Below, in pieces: positions 9,296 to 17,945 of a DNA stretch of 64,000 bases. A program made the position numbers and the translations under genes. The stretch is from an uncultured Actinomycetota bacterium (lineage in GTDB: Bacteria; Actinomycetota; Actinomycetes; Mycobacteriales; CADCTP01). The notes under the pieces are model-generated. The model made no database searches. It was given only the letters and a program-made list of their open reading frames with translations, and had not been told where the DNA came from. The stretch spans positions 71,653 to 135,652 of the forward strand of contig CAVXZF010000013.1 of NCBI GenBank assembly GCA_963766325.1, given 5' to 3'. How positions within the stretch are numbered: the stretch's first letter is position 1; every line of letters begins with the position of its first letter.

Positions 9296-9436
9296 CTAGA
9301 GTTCGGCCACCGGCCGCTCGGTCAGGTGGGCCAGCACCGCCAGCACCCGGCGGTGGCCGTCCCCGGAGTCGGGGATCCGCAGCCTGGCGAAGATGCTGCG
9401 CATGTGCGCCTCCACGGTCCGCTTCACGACGGCGAT
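9296..9436 (-). pseudogene. LuxR-family HTH C-terminal remnant
   Basis: My own translation gives [46 protein letters not shown], 46 codons bounded upstream by an in-frame stop. This matches only the last helix region of LuxR/FixJ-type regulators. No receiver or N-terminal part is present. Confidence 0.6.
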
Positions 9437-9531
9437 CTACGCCATCGGCTCAGTCTGGTGACGCTCGGCGCCCGGCTGCGAGCCCGCCGTGCCGGTCGGG
9501 CGACGGGAGTCGACCTGGCGCGGTCCGGCGG

Positions 9532-9561
9532 TTGACTCTTCGAACATACGTTCGAGAAGAT
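9532..9561 (+). promoter_or_regulatory. SOS promoter with LexA box upstream of dnaE2
   Basis: TTGACT (9532-9537), 18 nt, GAAGAT (9556-9561). LexA box TCGAAC-ATAC-GTTCGA at 9540-9555. Same architecture as 5571-5600. Confidence 0.8.
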
Positions 9562-9591
9562 GGCGCCTCGGTCGTCGAGAGCGAGGGTGTC

Positions 9592-12500
9592 ATGGGTTGG
9601 GACAACCCGCCGATCCCGTGGGCGGAGCTGGAGCGCAAGCTGTCCGGACGCCGCCCGGACAGTGCCCAGCCCGGCGACGGCGGGGACAGCCCGGCCTGGT
9701 CCCGGCGCCGCGGGGACTACGTGCCGGCCGAGGTGCCGGCGGCGCCCGGGTCGGTGCCCTATGCGGAGCTCCACTGCCACTCCAACTTCAGCTTCCTGGA
9801 CGGGGCGAGCCACCCGGAGGAGCTGGTCGAGGAGGCGGCCCGGCTCGGCCTGTCCGCGGTCGCCCTCACCGACCACGACGGGATGTACGGGGTGGTCAGG
9901 TTCGCCGAGGCGGCAAAGGCGCACGGGATGCGCACGCTCTACGGCGCCGAGCTGTCGATCGGGCTGGCCGAGCCGCAGGGCGGGCACGCCGACCCGGCCG
10001 GCCGGCACCTGCTGGTGCTGGCCCGCGGGCCGGACGGCTACCGGCGGCTGTGCCGGCAGATCAGCGCGGCCCAGCTGGCCGGCGGCACCAAGGGCCGCCC
10101 GCTCTACGACGAGGACGAGCTGACCGGCGCCCACGACGGGCACTGGGTGGTGCTCACCGGCTGCCGCAAGGGCACGGTCCCGGCGGCGCTGGCGGCCGGC
10201 GGGTCGGCCGGCTCCGACGCCGCCCGCGGCGCGCTGGACGAGCTGGTCGGGCGCTACGGGCGGGACAACGTGGCGGTCGAGCTGTGGCACCACGGCGACC
10301 CGCTGGACGACGCCCGCAACGACGCGCTGGCCGAGCTGGCCGCCGCCCGCGGGCTGCCCACGGTGGCCACCGGCAACGTGCACTTCGCCTCGCCGCGGCG
10401 GCGCCGGCTGGCCACCGCGCTGGCCGCGGTCCGGGCCCGGCGCAGCCTGGACGAGATGGACGGCTGGCTGCCCGCCGCCGGCACCGCCCACCTGCGCTCG
10501 GGCGCCGAGATGGCGGAGCGCTTCCGCCGCTTCCCCGGCGCCGTCGAGCGGGCCGCCGAGCTCGGGCTGGAATGCGCGTTCACGCTCGACCTGGTGGCGC
10601 CGCAGCTGCCGGACTGGGACGTGCCGGACGGGCACACCGAGATGAGCTGGCTGCGCGAGCTGACCATGGACCGGGCCCGCCGCCGCTACGGGCCGCCCGG
10701 GGCCGAGCGCGTCCCGGGGCATACCTGCAGCTCGAGCACGAGCTGGCGCTGATCGAGCAGCTCGACTTCCCGGGCTACTTCCTCATCGTGTCCGAGATCG
10801 TCGACTTCTGCGTCGAGAGCAACATCCTCTGCCAGGGCCGCGGCTCGGCGGCCAACTCCGCGGTCTGCTATGCGCTGGGCATCACCGCGGTCGACCCGGT
10901 GGTCTACAAGCTGCTCTTCGAGCGGTTCCTCGCCCCGGAGCGGGACGGGCCACCGGACATCGACCTCGACATCGAGTCCGGCCGGCGGGAGGAGGTCATC
11001 CAGCACGTCTACGAGCGGTACGGGCGGGACCGCGCCGCCCAGGTCGCCAACGTGATCACCTACCGGCCGCGGATGGCGGTGCGGGACATGGCCCGCGCGC
11101 TCGGCTACGCGCCCGGCCAGCAGGACGCCTGGTCCAAGCAGATCGAGCGGTGGGGGCCGCTGACCGACACGGTCGACCACGACATCCCGGCCGAGGTGGT
11201 GGAGCTGGCCACCGAGCTGATGCACTTCCCGCGCCACCTCGGCATCCACTCCGGCGGGATGGTGATCTGCGACCGGCCGGTGGCCGAGGTGTGCCCGGTG
11301 GAGTGGGCCTCGTTCACCGACCGCTCGGTGCTGCAGTGGGACAAGGACGACTGCGCGGCCGCCGGGCTGGTCAAGTTCGACCTGCTCGGGCTGGGCATGC
11401 TCACCGTGCTGCACACCACGATGGACCTGATCCGGCGCCACCACGGCGACGAGGTCGAGCTGGCCTCGCTGCCGCCGGACGACGAGGGCGTCTTCGACAT
11501 GCTCTGCGAGGCCGACTCGATCGGCGTCTTCCAGGTGGAGAGCCGGGCCCAGATGGCGACGCTCCCCCGGCTGCGACCCAGGTCGTTCTACGACCTGGTC
11601 ATCGAGGTGGCGCTGATCCGGCCGGGGCCGATCCAGGGTGGCTCGGTGCACCCGTTCATCCGCCGCCGGCAGGGTCTGGAGCCGGTGTCGTACGCGCATC
11701 CGCTGCTGGAGCCGGCGCTCAAGCGGACGCTCGGGGTGCCGCTGTTCCAGGAGCAGCTCATGCAGATGGCGATGGACGCGGCCGGCTGCACGCCCGCCTT
11801 CGCCGACCTGCTGCGCCGGGCAATGGGCTCCAAGCGCTCGCACGAGCGGATGGCCGCGCTCAAGGGCGACCTGTATGCGGGGATGGCCCGCAACGGGATC
11901 ACCGGCACCGCCGCGGACGACATCTACGAGAAGCTCGCCGCGTTCGCCAACTTCGGCTTCGCCGAGAGCCACTCGATCAGCTTCGCCTACCTGGTCTATG
12001 CGTCGGCCTTCTTCAAGCGCTACTACCCGGCGGCGTTCTGCGCGGCGCTGCTCGACGCCCAGCCGATGGGGTTCTACTCGCCGCAGACCCTGGTCGCGGA
12101 CGCCCGCCGGCACGGGGTGGTGGTGCGCGGGCCGGACCTCAACGCGTCCGCGGCCGGCAGCACGCTGGAGGAGGACCCGGCCAGCGAGACCGGCTTCGCG
12201 GTCCGGATCGGCCTGTCGTATGTGCGGGCGATCGGCGAGGAGGTGGCCGAGCGGATCGCGACCGCCCGGCCGTACCAGGACATGGCCGACCTGGCCCGCC
12301 GGGCCGACCTGACCGCCCGGCAGCTGGAGGCGCTGGCCACCGCGGGGGTGTTCGGCTGCCTGGGGCTGTCCCGGCGGGAGGCGCTGTGGGCGGCCGGCGC
12401 GGTCGCCCAGGACCGGCCGGACCGGATCGGCGGGCTGGTGGTCGGCGCGGACGCGCCGATGCTGCCGGGACTGTCCGACGTGGAGCGGGCGATGGCGGAC

Positions 12501-12884
12501 GTGTGGGCGACCGGGATGTCCCCGGACAGCTACCCCACCCAGTTCGTCCGGGACCGGCTGGCCGCGGCCGGGGTGGTCACCGCCCGCGGGCTGTCCGGCG
12601 TGGACAACGGCTCGCGGGTGCTGGTCGGCGGCGTGGTGACGCACCGGCAGCGGCCGGCCACCGCGAGCGGGATCACCTTCCTCAACCTCGAGGACGAGAC
12701 CGGCCTGGTCAACGTGATCTGCTCCAAGACGGTGTGGGCGCGGCACCGCCGGGTGGCGCGGGACTCGCCGGCGCTGGTGGTGCGGGGCATGCTGGAGCGG
12801 GTCGACGGGGTGACCAACGTGGTGGCCGAGCGCATCTCCAAGCTCGAGCTCTCCGTCCGCTCCACCTCCCGGGACTTCCGATGA
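9592..12884 (+). pseudogene. dnaE2: error-prone DNA polymerase III alpha subunit DnaE2, interrupted by a 1-nt frameshift (or assembly indel)
   Basis: PHP domain (YAELHCHSNFSFLDGAS). Pol III alpha core (FPGYFLIV, GRGSAANSAVCYALGIT, DIDLDIES, HSGGMVI, FDLLGLGML). The frame changes from 9592..10752 to the frame ending at 12884 within GTCCCGGGGCATACC (about 10710-10724). One base is missing relative to an intact ORF. Confidence 0.85.
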
Positions 12885-12966
12885 GCGCACCGGGGTCGGC
12901 GGTTCGTGCGACTTCTCATCGTCCGTGCGACCGGAAGTCGCACGGACCCGCGGCGGGAGGTCGGCG

Positions 12967-13962
12967 GTGAGCGCGGTGCCGCTGCGGTGGCGGCTCGCCG
13001 ACGACCCCGACGTCGAGGTGCCCGGGCAGGGCTCGCTGTTCTCCTCCGACGACCTGATGACGACCGAGCGGGGCACCGGGCGCCTGTCCGGGCTGGAGTT
13101 CCTGCACGTGCACGCCCGCCGGATCGTCAACGAAGTGCCGGCGGCTTCCCGGATGCCGTTCCGCTACACGATCAACGCCTACCGCGGCTGCTCCCACGCG
13201 TGTACGTACTGTTTCGCCAGACCAACCCACGACTACCTCGGTCTCAACATCGGCGACGACTTCGACCGCCGGATCGTGGTCAAGGTCAACGCGGTCGAGC
13301 GGCTGCGGGCCGAGCTGCGGAGTCCGAAGTGGACCGGTGAGTCGATCGCGATGGGCACCAACACCGACCCTTACCAGCGCTGCGAGGGGAAATACCGGCT
13401 CACCCGCGGGATCGTCGAGGTGCTCGGCGAGGCGGCCAACCCGTTCTCGGTCCTGACCAAGTCGGCGCTGGTGCTGCGCGACCTCGACGTGCTCATCGCG
13501 GCGGCCCGGCGCACCTCGGTGTCGGTGTCGCTGTCGATCGGCACCGTCGACCCGGCGGTGTGGCGGGCCACCGAGCCGGGCGCGCCGCACCCGCGCCGCC
13601 GGGTGGACGCGGTGCGCCGGCTGTCCGACGCCGGCATTCGCACCGGCGTGCTGGTGGCGCCGGTGCTGCCCGGCATCTCCGACTCCGCCGAGCAGCTCGA
13701 GGAGGTGGTGACCGCCTGTGTCGAGGCCGGCGCCACCTCGGTCACCTCGATCATGCTGCACCTGCGGCCGGGCGTGCGGGAGCACTTCCTCGGCTGGTTG
13801 CGACCGCGCGACCCCGCGCTGGCCGACGACTACGAGCGCCGCTACCGGCGCGCCTACCTGCCCGACGCCGAGCAGAGGGCGCTGTCCGCCCGGGTCCGCG
13901 CCCTCGCCGAGCGCGCCGGCGCGCGCTACACCACCCCCACCGACGCCCGCGTCCCCACCTGA
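12967..13962 (+). CDS. Rv2578c-family radical SAM protein
   Basis: FLHVHARRIVNEVPAASRMPFRYTINAYRGCSHACTYCFAR, containing the CxxxCxxC cluster motif. The start is GTG 12967, or alternatively 12925. Confidence 0.85.
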   Translation: MSAVPLRWRLADDPDVEVPGQGSLFSSDDLMTTERGTGRLSGLEFLHVHARRIVNEVPAASRMPFRYTINAYRGCSHACTYCFARPTHDYLGLNIGDDFDRRIVVKVNAVERLRAELRSPKWTGESIAMGTNTDPYQRCEGKYRLTRGIVEVLGEAANPFSVLTKSALVLRDLDVLIAAARRTSVSVSLSIGTVDPAVWRATEPGAPHPRRRVDAVRRLSDAGIRTGVLVAPVLPGISDSAEQLEEVVTACVEAGATSVTSIMLHLRPGVREHFLGWLRPRDPALADDYERRYRRAYLPDAEQRALSARVRALAERAGARYTTPTDARVPT

Positions 13963-14191
13963 CCCCGACCCAACGACCGCGGGCGAGGACACCGGCGCTA
14001 CACCTTCCCGCCCACGCCCCGATGCCGAGCTGGCTCAGGGCGCGGCGAGGACTCCGGCGGAGCAGGCGGCGCGCTGCCCCCTCTCCACCCCCCGCCCCAG
14101 GCTGAGCCGTTCGGCGACCGGGTCGAGCACCTCGGCGAGCGGCAGCGCGCTGAGCGTCCCCGCCGGCGCCCGCCCCGGGTGCCGAGCCGGG

Positions 14192-14983
14192 TCAGCGGCC
14201 GCGGGCGAGGACGCCGGCGAGCAGGACGGCGAGCAGCTCGGTGAGCGTGTCGCCGAAGTCGAGCCGGTAGACGGCGAGCGAGGGGTCCGCCTCGTACGCG
14301 GCCAGCACCGCCTCCGACGGCTGTCCGTGCGCCCACAGCGCGCCGGCGACCAGGACGGTGGCGCCGGCGACCCGCTCGGCGGCGACGGCGCCGAGCTCGG
14401 GGACGGCGGTCGCGAGCAGGCGGCCGAGCGCGCCGATGTTGTCGATGGCGGCGCGCTTGAAGCGGGCCGCGACCTCGGTCGACACGTTCCGCTCCAGCAC
14501 CGCCGCCTGCGCCCCCAGCAGGTCGCACAACACCGGCCGCACCGCCAACGACCCCGCCACCACCCCCGCCACCCACTCCCGCCGCTCCCCCACCGACCCA
14601 CCGACAGCGGTCGACACGGCGGAGCGGAGTGACCCCGCCGACCAGGCGGCGGCTGTTGACGCCGACCCCGACGCGCGTGCCGCGGGCGAGGCAGGCGCGG
14701 CGAGCGCCGGGGCACCTGGTGACGCCGGGGCGGCGTCGAGGTCGGCGGACAGCGCGGACAACCATTCGCGCCAGGCGTGGTCGAGGAGCTCGAGGAGGAC
14801 CGCCTCGCGGGAGTCGAAATAGCGGAGCACATTGGACTTCGCCAGCCCGGCCCGGCGGCTCAGCTCGGTGAGGCTCACCGCCGCGACCGGCATCTCGGCC
14901 AGCATCGCGGCGGCGGCGTCGAGGATCGCCCGCCGCCGCACCTCGCGCTGCTCCTCGCTGCGCGCACGCTGGAACCCCGCCAC
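14192..14983 (-). CDS. TetR family transcriptional regulator
   Basis: N-terminal HTH AVSLTELSRRAGLAKSNVLRYFDSREAVLLELL. Divergent from the SDR gene. Confidence 0.9.
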   Translation of the reverse strand: MAGFQRARSEEQREVRRRAILDAAAAMLAEMPVAAVSLTELSRRAGLAKSNVLRYFDSREAVLLELLDHAWREWLSALSADLDAAPASPGAPALAAPASPAARASGSASTAAAWSAGSLRSAVSTAVGGSVGERREWVAGVVAGSLAVRPVLCDLLGAQAAVLERNVSTEVAARFKRAAIDNIGALGRLLATAVPELGAVAAERVAGATVLVAGALWAHGQPSEAVLAAYEADPSLAVYRLDFGDTLTELLAVLLAGVLARGR

Positions 14984-15087
14984 GCCCGCAGCGTACAGAC
15001 CGATGGTCCGTTGTGAACAGACCAGCAGTCTGCTAGCGTTCGGGAACCGGCAACAGACCGCCGGTCCGCTAACCGTGAGGAGCCCCC

Positions 15088-16014
15088 ATGTACGCCGTTC
15101 CGGACCAGACCGGCCGGCTGGCCGTCGTCACCGGCTCGAACAGCGGGACCGGCAAGGAGGCGGCCCTCCGGCTGGCCGGCGCCGGCGCACACGTGATCCT
15201 CGCGGTGCGTACTCCCGCCAAGGGCGAGCGCGCCCGCGACGAGATCCTCGCCGCGCACCCGGACGCCCGGCTGGAGGTCCGCCGGATCGACCTGGCCGAC
15301 CTCGGCTCGGTCCGCGACTTCGCCGACGGGCTGCTCGCCGACGGCACGCCGCTCGACCTGCTGATCAACAACGCCGGCGTGATGGCGCCGCCGACCCGGA
15401 TGACCACCGCCGACGGCTTCGAGCTGCAGTTCGGCAGCAACTACCTCGGCCCGTTCGCGCTGACCCTCCGGCTGCTGCCGCTGCTGCTCGCCGCACCGGC
15501 GCCGCGGGTGGTGACCATGTCGAGCGGGGTCGCCCACTTCGGCCGGATCCAGTTCGACGACCTGCAGTGGGAGCGGCGGCGCTACCGGGCCTACTTCGCG
15601 TACGCGCAGTCCAAGCTGGCCGACCTGATGATGGCCCGGCGGCTCGCCGCGGTGGCGGCCGAGCGTGGCTGGCGGCTGGAGAGCATGGCTGCTCACCCCG
15701 GCTACACCCGCACCAACCTGCAGACCGCCGGCGCGTCGCTGGGTCGCGACGGCACCCGGCACGCGCCCGGCACCCGGCTGTCGCTGATGGCGTCCCAGGA
15801 CGTCCAGCAGGGCACCGAGCCGCTGCTCTACGCGGCGACCGATCCGGCGGCGACCAGCGGCGGCTACTACGGGCCGACCGGGCCCTTCGAGATGATCGGC
15901 TCCCACGGACCGGCCCGGGTGCCGCGCCGCGCCCGGGACACCGCCGTCGCCGCGCGCCTGTGGACCGAGTCCGAGCGCCTCACCTCCACCGCCCTGCCCA
16001 CTCCGACCCCCTGA
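15088..16014 (+). CDS. SDR family oxidoreductase
   Basis: [14 protein letters not shown] (TGxxxGxG), NNAG, YAQSKLA (YxxxK). Confidence 0.9.
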   Translation: MYAVPDQTGRLAVVTGSNSGTGKEAALRLAGAGAHVILAVRTPAKGERARDEILAAHPDARLEVRRIDLADLGSVRDFADGLLADGTPLDLLINNAGVMAPPTRMTTADGFELQFGSNYLGPFALTLRLLPLLLAAPAPRVVTMSSGVAHFGRIQFDDLQWERRRYRAYFAYAQSKLADLMMARRLAAVAAERGWRLESMAAHPGYTRTNLQTAGASLGRDGTRHAPGTRLSLMASQDVQQGTEPLLYAATDPAATSGGYYGPTGPFEMIGSHGPARVPRRARDTAVAARLWTESERLTSTALPTPTP

Positions 16015-16040
16015 CCAGTCCCGCCAGCGCCCTGAGCTCT

Positions 16041-16096
16041 GCCCGCCCACTGAGCACTTCCGCCGCCCACTGAGCACTTCCGCCGCCCACTGAGCA
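16041..16096. repeat. 20-nt tandem repeat, about 2.8 copies (CGCCGCCCACTGAGCACTTC)
   Basis: Direct inspection. Lies in the 3'-3' intergenic region between the SDR and Clp_N genes. Confidence 0.85.
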
Positions 16097-16100
16097 GCCG

Positions 16101-16158
16101 CAACTGCCCAGTCACCCCGGCCAACTGCCCAGTCACCGGCCAACTGCTCAGTCGTCCC
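16101..16158. repeat. 19-21-nt tandem repeat, about 3 copies (GGCCAACTGCCCAGTCACC)
   Basis: Direct inspection. The third copy is diverged. Confidence 0.8.
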
Positions 16159-16196
16159 GCTGGCCGACCGGCCGGCGATGCGAAGGATCAGCCGGT

Positions 16197-16291
16197 CACC
16201 GCGGGAGCCAGCCAGCACCGCGGGAGCCAGCCAGCACCGCGGGAGCCAGCCAGCACCGCGGGAGCCAGCCAGCACCGCGGCGGCCAGCTGG
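16197..16291. repeat. 19-nt tandem repeat, 4 perfect copies plus 1 degenerate copy (CACCGCGGGAGCCAGCCAG)
   Basis: Perfect copies at 16197, 16216, 16235 and 16254; a degenerate copy at 16273. The unit is not a multiple of 3. The array ends 11 nt from the Clp_N gene stop. Confidence 0.9.
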
Positions 16292-16302
16292 CGCGACGGG
16301 GG

Positions 16303-16848
16303 TTAGCTGGCGCGGGGGTGGGTGGTGAGGAGGGTGTCGCGCAGGGCGTGGACGTCGACGGAGAGGCGGGCGAGCAGGCGGGGGGCCAGGAAGGTCGGGT
16401 CGGCGAGCGTGCCGAGCAGCAGGTGCTCGGCGCCGATGTGCCGGTCCCGCAGTGCCAGCGCCTGCCGCAGCGACTGCTCCAGCGCCCGCTTCCCCTCCGG
16501 CGCGAACGGCACGTGCCCCCGCCGTCGCCGCCCCCGCCCGAGCGCCCGGTCCAGCGCACCCGCGCCGAACTGCGAGTCCACCTTGCGCCGCACCTCGGCG
16601 TAGTCGATGCCGAGGGTGGCCAGTGCCGACGGGTCGAACCCGGCCGGCGTGCCGCCCGCGGCCAGCTCCGGCCGCAACCGCTCATCCGTCACCCCGGCCG
16701 CCCGCAGCGCGTCCCCGGTCGGTCCGACCGACCCGGCCAGCGCGACCAGCAGGTGGCCGGTGTCCACCTGCGGCGCCCGCACCTCGGTCGCCACCGCGAC
16801 CGCCGCCTTGACCGTCTCCCGCGCCTCGACCGTGAACCGCTCGAACAC
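16303..16848 (-). CDS. Clp amino-terminal (Clp_N/ClpR) domain protein
   Basis: Two Clp_N repeats: MFERFTVEARETVKAAVAVATEVRAPQVDTGHLLVAL and FAPEGKRALEQSLRQALALRDRHIGAEHLLLGTL. Confidence 0.8.
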   Translation of the reverse strand: MFERFTVEARETVKAAVAVATEVRAPQVDTGHLLVALAGSVGPTGDALRAAGVTDERLRPELAAGGTPAGFDPSALATLGIDYAEVRRKVDSQFGAGALDRALGRGRRRRGHVPFAPEGKRALEQSLRQALALRDRHIGAEHLLLGTLADPTFLAPRLLARLSVDVHALRDTLLTTHPRAS

Positions 16849-16854
16849 CCGACC

Positions 16855-17085
16855 TCACCTCCCCGGGGCCGGCCAGCGCCGGCCGTACTTCTTGTGGACC
16901 GCCTGCCGGCTCACGCCGAGCACGCCCGCGATCTCCTGCCAGGACCAGCCGTGCCGCCGCGCGCTCTCCACCTGCAACTCCTCCAGCGAGTCGAGCAGCA
17001 CCCGCAGCGAGGCGATCGCGGCCAGCCCGACCCGCGGGTCGCCGCTGGTCGCGGAGCCGGCCAGCTCACCTGCCTCCGTCGCCAT
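16855..17085 (-). CDS. small HTH protein (sigma-70 region-4-like)
   Basis: 76 aa. HGWSWQEIAGVLGVSRQAVHKKYG. Its stop lies 6 nt upstream of the Clp_N gene start. Confidence 0.7.
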   Translation of the reverse strand: MATEAGELAGSATSGDPRVGLAAIASLRVLLDSLEELQVESARRHGWSWQEIAGVLGVSRQAVHKKYGRRWPAPGR

Positions 17086-17087
17086 GC

Positions 17088-17131
17088 TGTCAACTTAAGT
17101 TGACAAGACCAGGATGTCAACCACAGTTGAC
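17088..17131. promoter_or_regulatory. two GTCAAC-N4-GTTGAC operator-like palindromes
   Basis: TGTCAACTTAAGTTGACA (17088-17105) is a perfect 18-bp palindrome. GTCAAC-CACA-GTTGAC sits at 17116-17131. Their centres are 27 nt apart. A further GTTGAC half-site overlaps the -35 at 17137-17142. Confidence 0.6.
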
Positions 17132-17137
17132 GGCCGG

Positions 17138-17165
17138 TTGACATGCAGGCGGATGCCTGCATAAT
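17138..17165 (+). promoter_or_regulatory. sigma-70-like promoter of the ArsR-SRPBCC gene with a palindrome in the spacer
   Basis: TTGACA (17138-17143), 16 nt, CATAAT (17160-17165). Inverted repeat ATGCAGGC-GGAT-GCCTGCAT spans 17143-17162. The GTG start at 17175 is only 9 nt past the -10, so the transcript is near-leaderless. Confidence 0.6.
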
Positions 17166-17174
17166 CTCCGCGTC

Positions 17175-17945
17175 GTGCAACCGGGCCTCGATGAGGTGTT
17201 CCGCGCGCTGGCCGACCCGACCCGGCGCCGGCTGCTCGACCGGCTGCACGAGCGCACCGGGCAGACCCTGGGCGAGCTGTGCGAGCACGCCGGGATGCGG
17301 CGGCAGTCGGTCAGCCAGCACCTGGCCGTGCTGGAGGCGGCGAACCTGGTCAGCACGTCCTGGCGCGGCCGGGAGAAGCTGCACCACCTCAACCCGGTCC
17401 CGCTGCACGAGATCCAGGAGCGCTGGATCGACAAGTTCGAGGAGCCGCGGCTGCGCGCGCTCAGTGCCGTACGACGACGAGCGGAGGACGGGATGACCGA
17501 CCGGACAGCGGTCTACGTGACGTACATCGAGAGCACGCCGGAGCGGGTCTGGGCCGCGCTGACCGACCCGGAGCTGACCGCCGTGTACTGGGGGCACCGC
17601 AACGAGTCGGATTGGGCCGTCGGGTCCCGCTGGGACCACGTGCGGACCGACGGCACCGGCGACACCGACGGCGGCGGCACCGTCGAGGAGGTCGACCCGC
17701 CGACCCGGCTGGTGCTGAGCTGGGGGCCGGCGCCGGGCGAGGAGGGCGGCATCTCCCGGGTGACCTTCGTGGTCGAGCCCGGGAACGGGATCGTCCGGCT
17801 GACCGTCACCCACACCGACCTCGACCCGGGCGAGCAGGCCGCCGCGGCGGACGGCTGGGCGGCGGTGCTGTCGAACCTCAAGTCGCTGCTGGAGACCGGG
17901 CACCCGCTGCCCACGGCTCCGTGGGCGATGTCGGCCACGGGTTAG
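17175..17945 (+). CDS. ArsR/SmtB-family HTH fused to an SRPBCC/AHSA1-like domain
   Basis: N-terminus: LADPTRRRLLDRLHERTGQTLGELCEHAGMRRQSVSQHLAVLEAANLV. C-terminus: TPERVWAALTDPELTAVYW ... VTFVVEP ... LTVTHTD. There is no stop codon between the two modules. Confidence 0.8.
   Translation: MQPGLDEVFRALADPTRRRLLDRLHERTGQTLGELCEHAGMRRQSVSQHLAVLEAANLVSTSWRGREKLHHLNPVPLHEIQERWIDKFEEPRLRALSAVRRRAEDGMTDRTAVYVTYIESTPERVWAALTDPELTAVYWGHRNESDWAVGSRWDHVRTDGTGDTDGGGTVEEVDPPTRLVLSWGPAPGEEGGISRVTFVVEPGNGIVRLTVTHTDLDPGEQAAAADGWAAVLSNLKSLLETGHPLPTAPWAMSATG

Noticed and set aside
10700-10730. Programmed ribosomal frameshift in dnaE2
   Set aside because: No slippery X_XXY_YYZ heptamer or obvious downstream structure was seen. 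An indel in a C/G run, whether a mutation or an assembly error, is the simpler explanation.
14035-14160. Possible relic of a second TetR C-terminus downstream of the TetR gene
   Set aside because: The similarity covers only the last ~12 codons (..AACSAGVLAAP* versus ..AVLLAGVLARGR*) and about 40 nt of DNA. That is too weak to call without an alignment statistic.
16197-16291. Possible CRISPR array
   Set aside because: The repeats are contiguous with no spacers, the units are only 19 nt, and no cas genes lie nearby.
16188-16685. 165-aa minus-strand ORF reading through the 19-nt tandem repeats
   Set aside because: It is out of frame with the well-supported Clp_N gene it overlaps. Its repeat-encoded tail (WLAPAVLAGSRGAGWLPRC...) is an artefact of a unit that is not a multiple of 3.
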